64,000 nt of DNA from Bacteroidota bacterium (lineage in GTDB: Bacteria; Bacteroidota; Bacteroidia; Bacteroidales; VadinHA17), in the NCBI GenBank assembly GCA_034659275.1, contig JAYEGY010000049.1, positions 121 to 64,120 on the forward strand, given 5' to 3'. Positions 1 to 9,692 of this stretch are shown here, piece after piece (position 1 is the stretch's first letter; the number at the start of each line of letters is the position of its first letter). The notes below the pieces were generated by a model. It worked only from the letters and a program-made list of their open reading frames with translations, was not told where the DNA came from and did no database searches. Made by a program: the position numbers and the translations under genes.

Positions 1-853
1 GATATGACCATACAGGAAAGGGAAAACGACCTGGTGCTGGCCAGCTTCGGAAGGGGATTCTATGTTCTCGACAACTATGCACCAATGCGGGAGATAAGTC
101 CGGAAGTGATTAATCAAGCGGGGCATATTTCCCCAGTAAAAGATGCCCTTATCTTCAATACCTGGAGACCACTAGGTGGATTGGGAAGCAAAGAGAAAGG
201 CTTCCAGGGGGAAGATTATTTCAGTGCACCAAACCCTGAACAGGGAGCAATTTTCACGTACTGGGTAAAAGAAGGGCTTACCACACTGGAAGCAGAAAGG
301 GAAAAGAGAGAAGCAGAAGCCTTCAAGGAGAAAAAAGACATTCCATACCCCACACTTGAAGAGTTCAAGGCTGAGCAGGATCACATGGGATCTGAAATAC
401 CCTGCCGATCTTGCGGTAAGGGAAAATCAGGCATCAGCCAAAAATGGCTTGCCCTCATCGAATGTATTTGTACTGGCCGGCAAGGTGGAATTTTCGGTAC
501 TTGATCTTGATCCCGTTTCATCACTGCGCAGCCGGGTACGAACAGCTGTTTACAGTGTTTCAGGTTCCACATCCAATATAACTGGAACGGCAAAGAAAAG
601 CTACGAAACAGCCGTTGAAGAATTTGAATCTGTATATGCTGAGATCAAAGCCCTTGTAAAAGAGTTTGAAGCATTTGACAAAAAGCTTAACGAACTTGGA
701 GCGCCAACGACACCCGGTAGATTTCCGGATTGGAAGCAGGGACGACTAATGACTAAAAGAATAGGGCTGGCACGGATTGGGAAATCCGTGTCAGCAATTT
801 TGTTCAGGAGGACACACGCATTTTTTCCGCGCCAAAGTGCTGATCGAGTATAG
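1..853 (+). pseudogene. 3' part of a large VPS10/BNR-repeat (sortilin-like, glycosyl hydrolase-annotated) protein; frameshifted near 371-380; 5' end outside window
   Basis: Frame 1 reads DMTIQERENDLVLASFGRGFYVLDN (last propeller blade motif). The expected continuation LSRITWDLKYP...LGAPTTPGRFPDWK is in another frame (356..853), whose stop runs 50 bp into the convergent gene. Confidence 0.6.
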
Positions 854-1673
854 ATACTATTTCATTGGCATTTGTTTCTATTGGGCGGTGTGTTACCTTA
901 AGTACGTGAAAGCCGCCCTTTGCAAATATATTTTTAGCATAGTCTAGCTCCATCCGCACTTTTCTCGGATTAATATAATCATGGTCGTCTGAGAGCCCCA
1001 TCTCCCTGATCCTGTTAGTTCGCTGGGTAATCAGGTAATTGGTCATTGTGATAAGCCCGAATACCCTTCGTGAATCAACTTCAAATAACTCCTCCGGAGG
1101 TTTGTGTCCGAGGATTATAGGTACGTTGGCCACCCTCCAACCGAACATACCAAGATAAATACTCAGGGGTGTCTTGCCTGTTCTGGAAACCCCGGTAAGT
1201 ATAATGTCAGCCTTTGAAAGCCTGTGGACATTAAGACCGTCATCATGCTTCATTGTGAATTCAATGGCCTCAACCCTCCTGAAATATTCAATGTTACTGA
1301 GCCTGTATAATCCCGGCTTGCTTAATGGCTGAGTGTCCAGAGATTCAGAGAGATAATCGGAAAGGCCACCAACAATGTCAAAATTCGGGACTCCATGCTC
1401 CTCACAGGTCCTGATCACCTCTTTGCGCATTACGGGGTCAACCATAGTGTGAACAATAACACCTTTTCTTGTCTTTGCCTTCTCAACAGTTTCAAGAATA
1501 ATCTGTTTTGAATTAACATCAGGTACAACCTTTATAGGGCACTTATATTCTGGAAACTGTATAAGAACCGATCTTACTACATTAGTACCTGAAAGACCTT
1601 TCCCTCCTGAAACAATAAATATTTTAGGACATATTTTGTTATCGCTGTTACTGCTGTTTTTGCTGTTTTGCAT
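804..1673 (-). CDS. ppsR: PEP synthase/pyruvate phosphate dikinase regulatory protein (kinase-pyrophosphorylase, DUF299)
   Basis: YFRRVEAIEFTMKHDDG, DIILTGVSRTGKTPLSIYL P-loop, VANVP; 289 aa. Confidence 0.9.
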   Translation of the reverse strand: MQNSKNSSNSDNKICPKIFIVSGGKGLSGTNVVRSVLIQFPEYKCPIKVVPDVNSKQIILETVEKAKTRKGVIVHTMVDPVMRKEVIRTCEEHGVPNFDIVGGLSDYLSESLDTQPLSKPGLYRLSNIEYFRRVEAIEFTMKHDDGLNVHRLSKADIILTGVSRTGKTPLSIYLGMFGWRVANVPIILGHKPPEELFEVDSRRVFGLITMTNYLITQRTNRIREMGLSDDHDYINPRKVRMELDYAKNIFAKGGFHVLKVTHRPIETNANEIVSILDQHFGAEKMRVSS

Positions 1674-1732
1674 GATATCCTGCCTTATGAAAAACTACTT
1701 CCAAAAGATAAGATATTTTATTTAATTACTTT

Positions 1733-1776
1733 CCACCTTCACTAAGGCTTCTGCGGGTGAAGCACAAAGGATGACA
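1733..1776. repeat. Degenerate REP-like module (ccaccttcactaaggcttctgcggg...aggatgaca)
   Basis: Resembles the 6042-6071 module and ends in AGGATGACA as at 6132-6140. Confidence 0.45.
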
Positions 1777-1820
1777 ATTTTTCTTTAAATTAGCAAATAG
1801 AATATTAAAAGAGAATTGTC

Positions 1821-2471
1821 ATGAAAACTCCATTTCTCAGAAGGTTACGGAATTTTTTCCGCACGACGGCGCTTGGTGGGCTGGTTGCAATATTACCCCT
1901 TGTATTGATCATTATCTTCTTCCGGTGGATAGTAAACCTTATACAGAGATACCTTGAACCACTGGTAAATCTTATTAATACCGAGTCGGAATTGATGATA
2001 ATTGCATTATACATACTGGCAGTTATCGCCATTATATTTTTATTTTTCCTGCTAGGCCTTTTCATCAAGACCAGGATTGGAAATTTCTTCCGCACCATCC
2101 TCGAGGAGCAATACCTTTCAAAAATCCCCGGTTATAAACTGGCCCGGGAGACTGTCATGCAATTTTTCGGTAAACAAAAGTCATTCTTCAAGGAAGTGGT
2201 GCTGGTTGATATCTTTAATTCGGGTTCACTCATGACGGGTTTCATCACTGATGACCATGAAGACAGTGATTTTCTGACCGTTTTTGTTCCAACAGGGCCT
2301 AACCCCACATCGGGCAATATTTACCATGTCCTGAAGGAAAAAACTATTCGTACAAAAACCACCGTAGACATAGGTATGAAGTCAATAATAAGCTGTGGTG
2401 CAGGATCATCGAACATCTTTAAAGACCGTAAGGAAAGGATGAACCTGGAAGATGATTTACGCAATAAGTAA
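1821..2471 (+). CDS. DUF502 membrane protein
   Basis: Two N-terminal TM segments; IPGYK and VFVPTGPNPTSG motifs. Confidence 0.85.
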   Translation: MKTPFLRRLRNFFRTTALGGLVAILPLVLIIIFFRWIVNLIQRYLEPLVNLINTESELMIIALYILAVIAIIFLFFLLGLFIKTRIGNFFRTILEEQYLSKIPGYKLARETVMQFFGKQKSFFKEVVLVDIFNSGSLMTGFITDDHEDSDFLTVFVPTGPNPTSGNIYHVLKEKTIRTKTTVDIGMKSIISCGAGSSNIFKDRKERMNLEDDLRNK

Positions 2472-2487
2472 AGCGAGGTAATGATGC

Positions 2488-3939
2488 CTATTGTTTCTCA
2501 ATAAGATCAGTGCTTACCTCCCAGTTATCTGTACGGAAGGGTGATGCCGGCAGCCCTTCAGAGTTAAACAGATTGGGTTCCGGGGCATTTGTAAAGCCAT
2601 ACCTCACAGCCACCGGCTCTTTAACCATATCAGACCATACAATTACATTATTCCCTTCAATGATGGCCTGAGCCTCGTAAAAAACCCTGTCATAACCGGC
2701 TATCTGAAAACATCTCAGTTTTCCTTCGGTATATTCCAGTCCACGGGCTGTATGGCTGAAAAATAAACGGGCCTTTTTTATACCCTCATCTTCTTCTATC
2801 TCCATTTTCTTGAACACAGGGCCTGAATAAGTAAGCCCTTTTACACCATAATGCAATGCCAGTGCGTTTCGTGCCAACCTGCGACCCACCTCCTGCTTTC
2901 TTACCGGGTGAATATCATCAGGATTACCTATGTCAGAAGTAACGACCATCCCAGTTCCAGGTACTTCAAGAGCCATGAGCTGAGCTTCACGGACCAGTGC
3001 ACCCACCATCGGCCTGTCATACTTATACGGAGCAATCTGTACGTAGTAAAAAGGGAAATCACCCTGGTTAAAATGTTTCCTCCAGTCTTTTATCATTGCC
3101 GGCAAAAGTTTACGGTAATGAAGAGCATCATGGCGGTTTGCCTCCCCCTGGTACCATATTGCTCCTGAAATGGACATTTTCAACAACGGCTTTATCATGG
3201 CATTGAATAAGCGTGCTGGTTTCCTGTGCTCTTCAACCTCCGAATAATCCCTTTGGGCATAAAAAGACAGGTCCTTATTGCTTTCAAGCTCCCGGGCACT
3301 TGTCCATGCCTCAGCCGGTGTTCTTCCCCAGCTGGTCAGTACCAATCCAACGGGGACTCCTATCTTCCTGTTCAACTCCCTGCCAAAGAAGAAAGCCACA
3401 GCACTGAATTCAGCTACCGTTTGGGTATTTACAGGCATCCATTGCCCCTGGCAGTCATCAAGCGGAGTATCCGATGTGTTTTTCTTTAGCTGGAATAACC
3501 TTATTAAAGGATATTTATTCCTTTCAATATCAATACTGTCACGCTCAAACCATGGATTGCTCCATCCACCCATCCAGTTTATTTTATATTCCATGTTCGA
3601 TTGCCCGGAGCATATCCACACATCACCCAGTAATATATTTTTCACTATTATATCACTTGAACCGCTTATATAAATATTATAAGGACCGCCTGCAATTGTT
3701 GTGGGGATACTCACCGACCATTCGCCATTTTCATCGGCTGTTGACACGAATTCATCAAGAGCCCATCCGGCCCTTACTTTTACTTCTGCACCGGGATCAT
3801 CCCAGCCCCATACAGTGGCTTCAGCGTTACGCTGCAAGACCATGCTGTCAGCAATCACAGCGGGCAGCCGAAGCTGGGAAAGCGCTGAATGGCCCGGGAT
3901 TACGATTGCCAAAAAGAAGATTACAGTTTTGATTTTCAT
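2488..3939 (-). CDS. Sialate O-acetylesterase (SASA/SGNH family)
   Basis: Signal peptide; ADSMVLQR, GDVWICSGQSNME, WYQGEAN, DIHP. Confidence 0.9.
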   Translation of the reverse strand: MKIKTVIFFLAIVIPGHSALSQLRLPAVIADSMVLQRNAEATVWGWDDPGAEVKVRAGWALDEFVSTADENGEWSVSIPTTIAGGPYNIYISGSSDIIVKNILLGDVWICSGQSNMEYKINWMGGWSNPWFERDSIDIERNKYPLIRLFQLKKNTSDTPLDDCQGQWMPVNTQTVAEFSAVAFFFGRELNRKIGVPVGLVLTSWGRTPAEAWTSARELESNKDLSFYAQRDYSEVEEHRKPARLFNAMIKPLLKMSISGAIWYQGEANRHDALHYRKLLPAMIKDWRKHFNQGDFPFYYVQIAPYKYDRPMVGALVREAQLMALEVPGTGMVVTSDIGNPDDIHPVRKQEVGRRLARNALALHYGVKGLTYSGPVFKKMEIEEDEGIKKARLFFSHTARGLEYTEGKLRCFQIAGYDRVFYEAQAIIEGNNVIVWSDMVKEPVAVRYGFTNAPEPNLFNSEGLPASPFRTDNWEVSTDLIEKQ

Positions 3940-4094
3940 AACTGGAGATTTGAAAAACTTTTGATTTTAAAAATAGTAAGAACATTTCTCTTATGTGAAA
4001 AAACGTTAAAAATCTTCTTTTAAATCAAAAACAGGCCGGATAATTCCTTATAATTTATTAATATTTGAAAGAAAAAAAAGAAAAAATATCCACT

Positions 4095-6020
4095 ATGCTA
4101 ACAAATTCCCGGAAAAGAATCCCTGTATTCGCAGGGATAATTATTGCATTTATCCTGGTGCCAGTAACACTGAAAGCCCAGGATGTACCAATCAGTTTCG
4201 ACCGGTACCATAGTTATAACGGTACTTCTGAATACCTGAAAAAGGTGAACAAAGCATACCCTGGTATCACGGAACTGATGACAATAGGTGAAAGCACAAT
4301 GGGAAGACCCATTTACCTGCTCGTAATATCCAATATGAGTAAGGGAACAACCATTGACAGGCATATCGATCTTAGGAATGAGCGAAAAGAAAATATCGAG
4401 AATGTACCTCCGATGAAAATACACCAGGGTAAGCCCGGTCATTTCATAAGCGGATCAACACATGGCAATGAATATACGGGGACAGAGGTCTGCCTGTATA
4501 TGATTGATAAACTTGTTAGCTCTTATGGTAATGATGAAACAATCACCGGCCTGGTTGATAACAGGGCATTTTATATATGCCCTGTAATAAATCCCGATGG
4601 TGTGTATAACAGTGTTGAAAAGGGAATAAGACAGCGTAATAACTCCATGGAAAAGGATGATGATGAAGATGGAAGGATAAACGAAGACGGCGTGGATGAT
4701 ATTGATGGTGACGGTTTTATCACATCATTCAGGTATGAGGATGATGAGGGCAGGTATGTTATTGATGATGTTGATCCCCGGCTGATGGTAAGACTGGGAC
4801 GTGATGAAGAAACAGATAAACAGAGGTATTCAGTCATAAGGGAGGCCCTGGACAATGACAAGGACGGTAAAATAGGAGAAGATCCGGAGTCAGGCATCGA
4901 TCTGAACAGGAACTTCCCTGAAGGCTGGAACCTGGATGCGGGTAATCCTTATCCCATGTCAGAACCCGAGACACGCAATGTATTCGAATTCCAGCTTGAT
5001 CATCCCAATATCTTTGTGTCTTTTCATTATCACAATACCGGCAGGCTGATCATGTTCCAGGCCCCACCTCCAGTGCAACTGTCGTCCAGCCAGACCGAGG
5101 AACTGCGGGAAAGAACGGAAGAACGCCTTGAGGAAATGAGAAAAACAGATAAATATGCCCAGCTTTTCGCAAGGCGTGTAAGCGATGAATACCAGCATGA
5201 TATGGATGTTCAAACAAAAATAGTAAGCGAGGGAGCATATATACTGAAGAACTATAGACCGGTTATAGGCGGGCTGTCCGGGCAGGCCCATGCAGCAACC
5301 TACTACATGCTGGGGGCCTACTCCTACCTGATCGAATTATGGGGGTCGCCCGTCACCATAGCTGACACCGATAATGATGGCAAGCTGTCAGACGAAGAAT
5401 ATATGAAATGGATAGATCTCGACCTGGCAGGTGACGGATGGATAGACCCACATAAGGTCAAGCATCCCGACCTGGGTGATGTATGGATAGGCGGTTCAGC
5501 TAAAAAGCATATGCAAAGAACACCACCCTCCAGGTATATTGAAATGGAGGCTGAAAAGAATGCAAGGTTTGTCATGTATTGCGCCAGCCAGTTCCCTGAG
5601 GTGAAAATAGATGATATAAGTATCAAAGCAATAAGCAATAAAATATACCAGGTGGATGTCAGGGTGGAAAATGAGAGTGAATACCCCACCGCATCTGACA
5701 GGGCGGTACAGCTTAAGCGTCATACACCCGACATCCTGATGTACGAGGGGTCGGATAATATCACCCTGGTTGAAACTTCAGGAAAAGACCTTGATGACGG
5801 AAGCAGGCGCCGTCGCTATTCATATTTAAGGAGGTCGGCACCGGAGACTGAAACACAGCTGTCGGCCGGAGAAAAAACCGAATTCCGCCTGAAAGGAAAA
5901 GAGAAAAAAGTTATAAGGTATTTCATTGCCATGGAAGGCAGGAAGGGCACAGTTGATTTTACCCTCGAGTCAAAAACAGGGGGCAGCGATAAGGAGAGTA
6001 TATCGATTGTTGTAGAATAA
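4095..6020 (+). CDS. M14 zinc carboxypeptidase with Asp-rich Ca-binding loops
   Basis: HGNE, NPDG, DLNRNF, SEPET, YHN, IELW motifs; signal peptide from ATG 4095 (TTG at 4065 is an alternative start). Confidence 0.85.
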   Translation: MLTNSRKRIPVFAGIIIAFILVPVTLKAQDVPISFDRYHSYNGTSEYLKKVNKAYPGITELMTIGESTMGRPIYLLVISNMSKGTTIDRHIDLRNERKENIENVPPMKIHQGKPGHFISGSTHGNEYTGTEVCLYMIDKLVSSYGNDETITGLVDNRAFYICPVINPDGVYNSVEKGIRQRNNSMEKDDDEDGRINEDGVDDIDGDGFITSFRYEDDEGRYVIDDVDPRLMVRLGRDEETDKQRYSVIREALDNDKDGKIGEDPESGIDLNRNFPEGWNLDAGNPYPMSEPETRNVFEFQLDHPNIFVSFHYHNTGRLIMFQAPPPVQLSSSQTEELRERTEERLEEMRKTDKYAQLFARRVSDEYQHDMDVQTKIVSEGAYILKNYRPVIGGLSGQAHAATYYMLGAYSYLIELWGSPVTIADTDNDGKLSDEEYMKWIDLDLAGDGWIDPHKVKHPDLGDVWIGGSAKKHMQRTPPSRYIEMEAEKNARFVMYCASQFPEVKIDDISIKAISNKIYQVDVRVENESEYPTASDRAVQLKRHTPDILMYEGSDNITLVETSGKDLDDGSRRRRYSYLRRSAPETETQLSAGEKTEFRLKGKEKKVIRYFIAMEGRKGTVDFTLESKTGGSDKESISIVVE

Positions 6021-6040
6021 TGTCGTAGCCAGGCACGGAT

Positions 6041-6140
6041 CCCGCCTCCGCAGAGCTACGGCGGACGGAGCTGGAGATCCGCGCCAGCGTAGGTGGAGAC
6101 TTAGCCTAAACTCAGATCCTTCACTTCGTTCAGGATGACA
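6041..6140. repeat. Composite REP-like palindromic element between convergent genes
   Basis: ccgcc-N-ggcgg hairpin module followed by cagatccttcacttcgttcaggatgaca, which matches the inverted copy at 63839-63866 at 25/28 nt. Confidence 0.75.
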
Positions 6141-6141
6141 G

Positions 6142-6855
6142 TTATTTCTTAAGTACCTTCTTCAGCACCTCATCCTTGTTGAGCTTCTTGGTGCAGAAGA
6201 ACCAGTCGTGGCATGTTACATCGGGGTCACTCTTGCTCATCCTTTCTTCTGCCACTCCGCATGATCCCGCGGTAGGCACTATCACCTCGTCACCCGGATG
6301 CCAGTCGGCAGGGGTTGCAACCTTAAATTCATCCGCAGTTTTAAGTGCAATCAATACCCTGTAAAGCTCATTGAAATTACGTCCGAGGCTTAACGGATAA
6401 TAAATGATCGTACGTATTATTCCTTCAGGGTCAATGTAAAATACTGCCCTCACAGCCTGAGTTGCAGCTTCATTTGGCTGTACCATTCCGTATTTGCTGG
6501 CCACATTCATGCTGACATCGTCAATGAGGGGAAACTTAATCTCAATATTTTTCATCCCTTTGAATTCAATCTTCTCCTTAATGGTTCTTAACCATGCTAT
6601 ATGGCTGTATAAACCATCTACCGAAAGGCCTATAAGCTTGCAGTCAGCTTCTTCGAACTGGTCTGCCATTTTCCCGAAAGTCATGAATTCAGACGTACAC
6701 ACAGGCGTGAAGTCAGCCGGGTGACTGAATAAGATGGTCCAGTGTCCTTTGAAATCTTCAGGAAATTTAATTTCACCCTGTGTGGTTTTAGCTGTAAATG
6801 CAGGTGCCTTTTCACCTATTTTTGGCATTCCTACAATTTCTTTGTTCTCTTCCAT
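6142..6855 (-). CDS. Peroxiredoxin (Prx6/archaeal-like subfamily)
   Basis: FSHPADFTPVCTSEF peroxidatic motif, GRNFNE, PADW, C-terminal SCG and WFFC cysteines. Confidence 0.92.
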   Translation of the reverse strand: MEENKEIVGMPKIGEKAPAFTAKTTQGEIKFPEDFKGHWTILFSHPADFTPVCTSEFMTFGKMADQFEEADCKLIGLSVDGLYSHIAWLRTIKEKIEFKGMKNIEIKFPLIDDVSMNVASKYGMVQPNEAATQAVRAVFYIDPEGIIRTIIYYPLSLGRNFNELYRVLIALKTADEFKVATPADWHPGDEVIVPTAGSCGVAEERMSKSDPDVTCHDWFFCTKKLNKDEVLKKVLKK

Positions 6856-6883
6856 TGTTATTGATTTTTAGTGTTAGTAATTA

Positions 6884-7309
6884 TTATTTGTCAAAAAATT
6901 TTCCTTTAATCTGTAACTGTATATCCTCAATCCTGAAACCGGGAATCTTTCGTTTATTAAAATATTCATTCAGCATTCTGTTTAGCTCCTCGTCATGATA
7001 ATCCTCAATCCTGCCGGAATCAAGTGAGTAAAGATGATGGTGCTGATATGTGCAGGCATCATATCTCATAACATCCCTGTCAGTGTTTACCCTCCTTATA
7101 AGTTTATGCTCCACAAAAACTTCCAGGATTTTATAAATGGTGCCCATGGCTATATTTGGATTCTTTTTCCTGATAACATCAATAATGTATTCCGCTGAAG
7201 GATGCTCACCCTCACAGTTATAAAGAACTTCCAGTACAGCCACCCTCTGGGGCGTTATTTTAAGCCCCTTTTCTTTTAAAAGGCCTGCTATATCCGGTGT
7301 CTTCATCAT
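6884..7309 (-). CDS. Fur-family regulator, PerR-like
   Basis: LKITPQR, HPSAE, TIYKIL, RYDA, HHH; lacks CxxC pairs; directly upstream of peroxiredoxin. Confidence 0.85.
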   Translation of the reverse strand: MMKTPDIAGLLKEKGLKITPQRVAVLEVLYNCEGEHPSAEYIIDVIRKKNPNIAMGTIYKILEVFVEHKLIRRVNTDRDVMRYDACTYQHHHLYSLDSGRIEDYHDEELNRMLNEYFNKRKIPGFRIEDIQLQIKGKFFDK

Positions 7310-7320
7310 TCGAAAATGTA

Positions 7321-7339
7321 AATAAGATTAATTCCTATT
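7321..7339. promoter_or_regulatory. Candidate Fur/PerR operator (autoregulatory)
   Basis: AATAAGATTAATTCCTATT, 14/19 self-complementary, 12 bp upstream of the fur-like start. Confidence 0.45.
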
Positions 7340-7451
7340 TAAGAATCAGTAAATTTACAAATATTATCACAAGATGCAAAGAAAAAACACATTTTGATTC
7401 TGATTCTACGGTATAATTATTGTACCATTGCATTAACAATTAACCCTTTTC

Positions 7452-9692
7452 ATGAGATTAATTCACCTGGTAATATTATTATTCCCTGTCCTGCTCTCTG
7501 CCCAGGAAAGCTATACCATCAGTGGAAGGATAACGGAAAAAAATACGGGTGAAGATCTTATAGGTGCCACTGTTGTACTTGAACCCTCTTTGCAGGGAAC
7601 AGTCACCAATGATTACGGTTTTTATTCAATTACGGCCCCTGCCGGCACTTACCGCATCAGGTTCAGTTTTATCGGATATGAAACCATAGAAAAAGACATT
7701 GCACTCGATAAAAATATCAAGCTGGACGTTGAGCTAAGCCAGACAAGCATTGAACTTAATGAAGTGGTAATTTCAGCTATCCGTTCTGACCGTAATATAT
7801 CGAAAGCCGAAATGAGTGTTGACAGGCTTGACATAAAACAGGTTGACCTCATCCCGGTACTTATTGGCGAAAAGGATATATTGAAAACGCTACAGTTACT
7901 ACCGGGCATAAGCACTGTTTCGGAAGGCAGCACGGGCTTTAACGTAAGGGGAGGGTCAATTGATCAGAACCTTATTTTACTCGACGAAGCATCGGTTTAC
8001 AGTGCTTCCCACCTGGCCGGTTTCTTCTCGGTTTTCAATTCTGATATCATTAAAGATATCACAGTTTATAAGGGAGGCATCCCTTCACTCCATGGAGGCA
8101 GGGCTGCCTCGGTAGTTGACATAACAATGAACAACGGCAACAATAAGGAATTTGCCGGGAAAGGGGGCATTGGTCTTTTATCCACGCGCTTGAGCATCGA
8201 AGGCCCCGTTATCAAAGACAAAATGTCCTACTTATTATCAGGTAGAAGATCCTATGCCGACATAATCCTAAAAGCTCTTCCTTTGGATATTATTGAAGAA
8301 GGCACACGCTTATTTTTTTATGATTTCAATGCCAAGCTCAACCTCACAGCAAATGATAAAAACAGGTTTTTCCTTTCCGCGTACATGGGGAGAGATGTGT
8401 TCGGCTATGAAAAATACGGTACAACCTGGGGTAATTATACCGGCACTTTCAGGTGGAATCACCTCTTCAGTGACAGGGTATTTTCCAACACCTCTCTTAT
8501 ATACAGTGATTTTTCCTACGGCTTTAACCTGGAATCGGATATTAAATATGATTCAGGTATCAAGGATTATGGTATAAAACATGACATATCCATATTCCTT
8601 AAGCCGGATAATACAATAAACACAGGGCTTGAGTTACATTACAGGGATTTTAATCCCGGCTCATTACTTTCTTCCGGAAGCGATGCAACGGATATTATTA
8701 TTGAAAAGAAAAAAGCCATTGAAGCCGGGATGTACATTCAGAATAAGCATAAGATAAGCCGGGTAATCAATGCAAATTATGGCTTAAGGCTCTCGGCTTT
8801 TGGTCAGTTAACCGACGCCGGTGAAATGAGGAATTACATTACTGCAGAACCCAGGCTGTCATTAAACTGCAGGATCAACGATAAATCATCATTCAAGGTA
8901 TCATACAACAGGATGAGCCAGTACCTCCACTTGCTTTCAAACAGCACTGCCGGCCAGGTTACGGATATCTGGGTCCCCAGTTCATCGCGTATCAGCCCGG
9001 TTATAGCAGACCAGCTGGCCACGGGCTTTTTCAGGAACTTTTTAAATGACAGTTTTGAATCATCAGTTGAGATATATTATAAAAAACTTCAAAACATAAC
9101 TGACTTTGAGGACGGGACAAACATAATCCTTAACGAGAATATAGAAGAGCAGATAATTGCAGGCATGGGCAGAAGCTACGGTGCCGAATTATATATCAAG
9201 AAAAATCAGGGCCGCTTCAGGGGCTGGCTGAGCTATACCCTCTCACGTACCGAGAACAGGATAGAAGGCATAAACAATAATGAATGGTACCCTTCGAAGT
9301 ATGATAAGATACACGATATAGCCATTGTGGGGTCCTATGATCTCACAGGCCGCATATCATTATCATCCGTTTTTGTTTATGCCACGGGGAATGCCGTAAC
9401 CTTCCCCAGCGGTAAGTACGAACTCAACGGTAAAGTCATACCGTATTTCACTGAAAGAAACGGTTACCGCATGCCCTCATATCACAGACTTGATTTAAGC
9501 ATGAAGATAAGAGGAAAAAAAGGAAAGCGTTTTAATACGAGCTGGGATATATCAATTTACAATATATATAACAGGCATAATGCTTATTCAATATATTTCA
9601 GGGAAGATGAAAACAATGGTGGGGCAACGGAAGCTGTTAAGCTGAGCTTATTTGGGATTGTTCCCTCTGTAACATTTAATATGAGTTTCTGA
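7452..9692 (+). CDS. TonB-dependent receptor with carboxypeptidase-regulatory-like N-domain
   Basis: Signal peptide, TNDYGFYS, LPG/GFNVRGG plug, YKGG, NIYNRHN, terminal Phe. Confidence 0.9.
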   Translation: MRLIHLVILLFPVLLSAQESYTISGRITEKNTGEDLIGATVVLEPSLQGTVTNDYGFYSITAPAGTYRIRFSFIGYETIEKDIALDKNIKLDVELSQTSIELNEVVISAIRSDRNISKAEMSVDRLDIKQVDLIPVLIGEKDILKTLQLLPGISTVSEGSTGFNVRGGSIDQNLILLDEASVYSASHLAGFFSVFNSDIIKDITVYKGGIPSLHGGRAASVVDITMNNGNNKEFAGKGGIGLLSTRLSIEGPVIKDKMSYLLSGRRSYADIILKALPLDIIEEGTRLFFYDFNAKLNLTANDKNRFFLSAYMGRDVFGYEKYGTTWGNYTGTFRWNHLFSDRVFSNTSLIYSDFSYGFNLESDIKYDSGIKDYGIKHDISIFLKPDNTINTGLELHYRDFNPGSLLSSGSDATDIIIEKKKAIEAGMYIQNKHKISRVINANYGLRLSAFGQLTDAGEMRNYITAEPRLSLNCRINDKSSFKVSYNRMSQYLHLLSNSTAGQVTDIWVPSSSRISPVIADQLATGFFRNFLNDSFESSVEIYYKKLQNITDFEDGTNIILNENIEEQIIAGMGRSYGAELYIKKNQGRFRGWLSYTLSRTENRIEGINNNEWYPSKYDKIHDIAIVGSYDLTGRISLSSVFVYATGNAVTFPSGKYELNGKVIPYFTERNGYRMPSYHRLDLSMKIRGKKGKRFNTSWDISIYNIYNRHNAYSIYFREDENNGGATEAVKLSLFGIVPSVTFNMSF

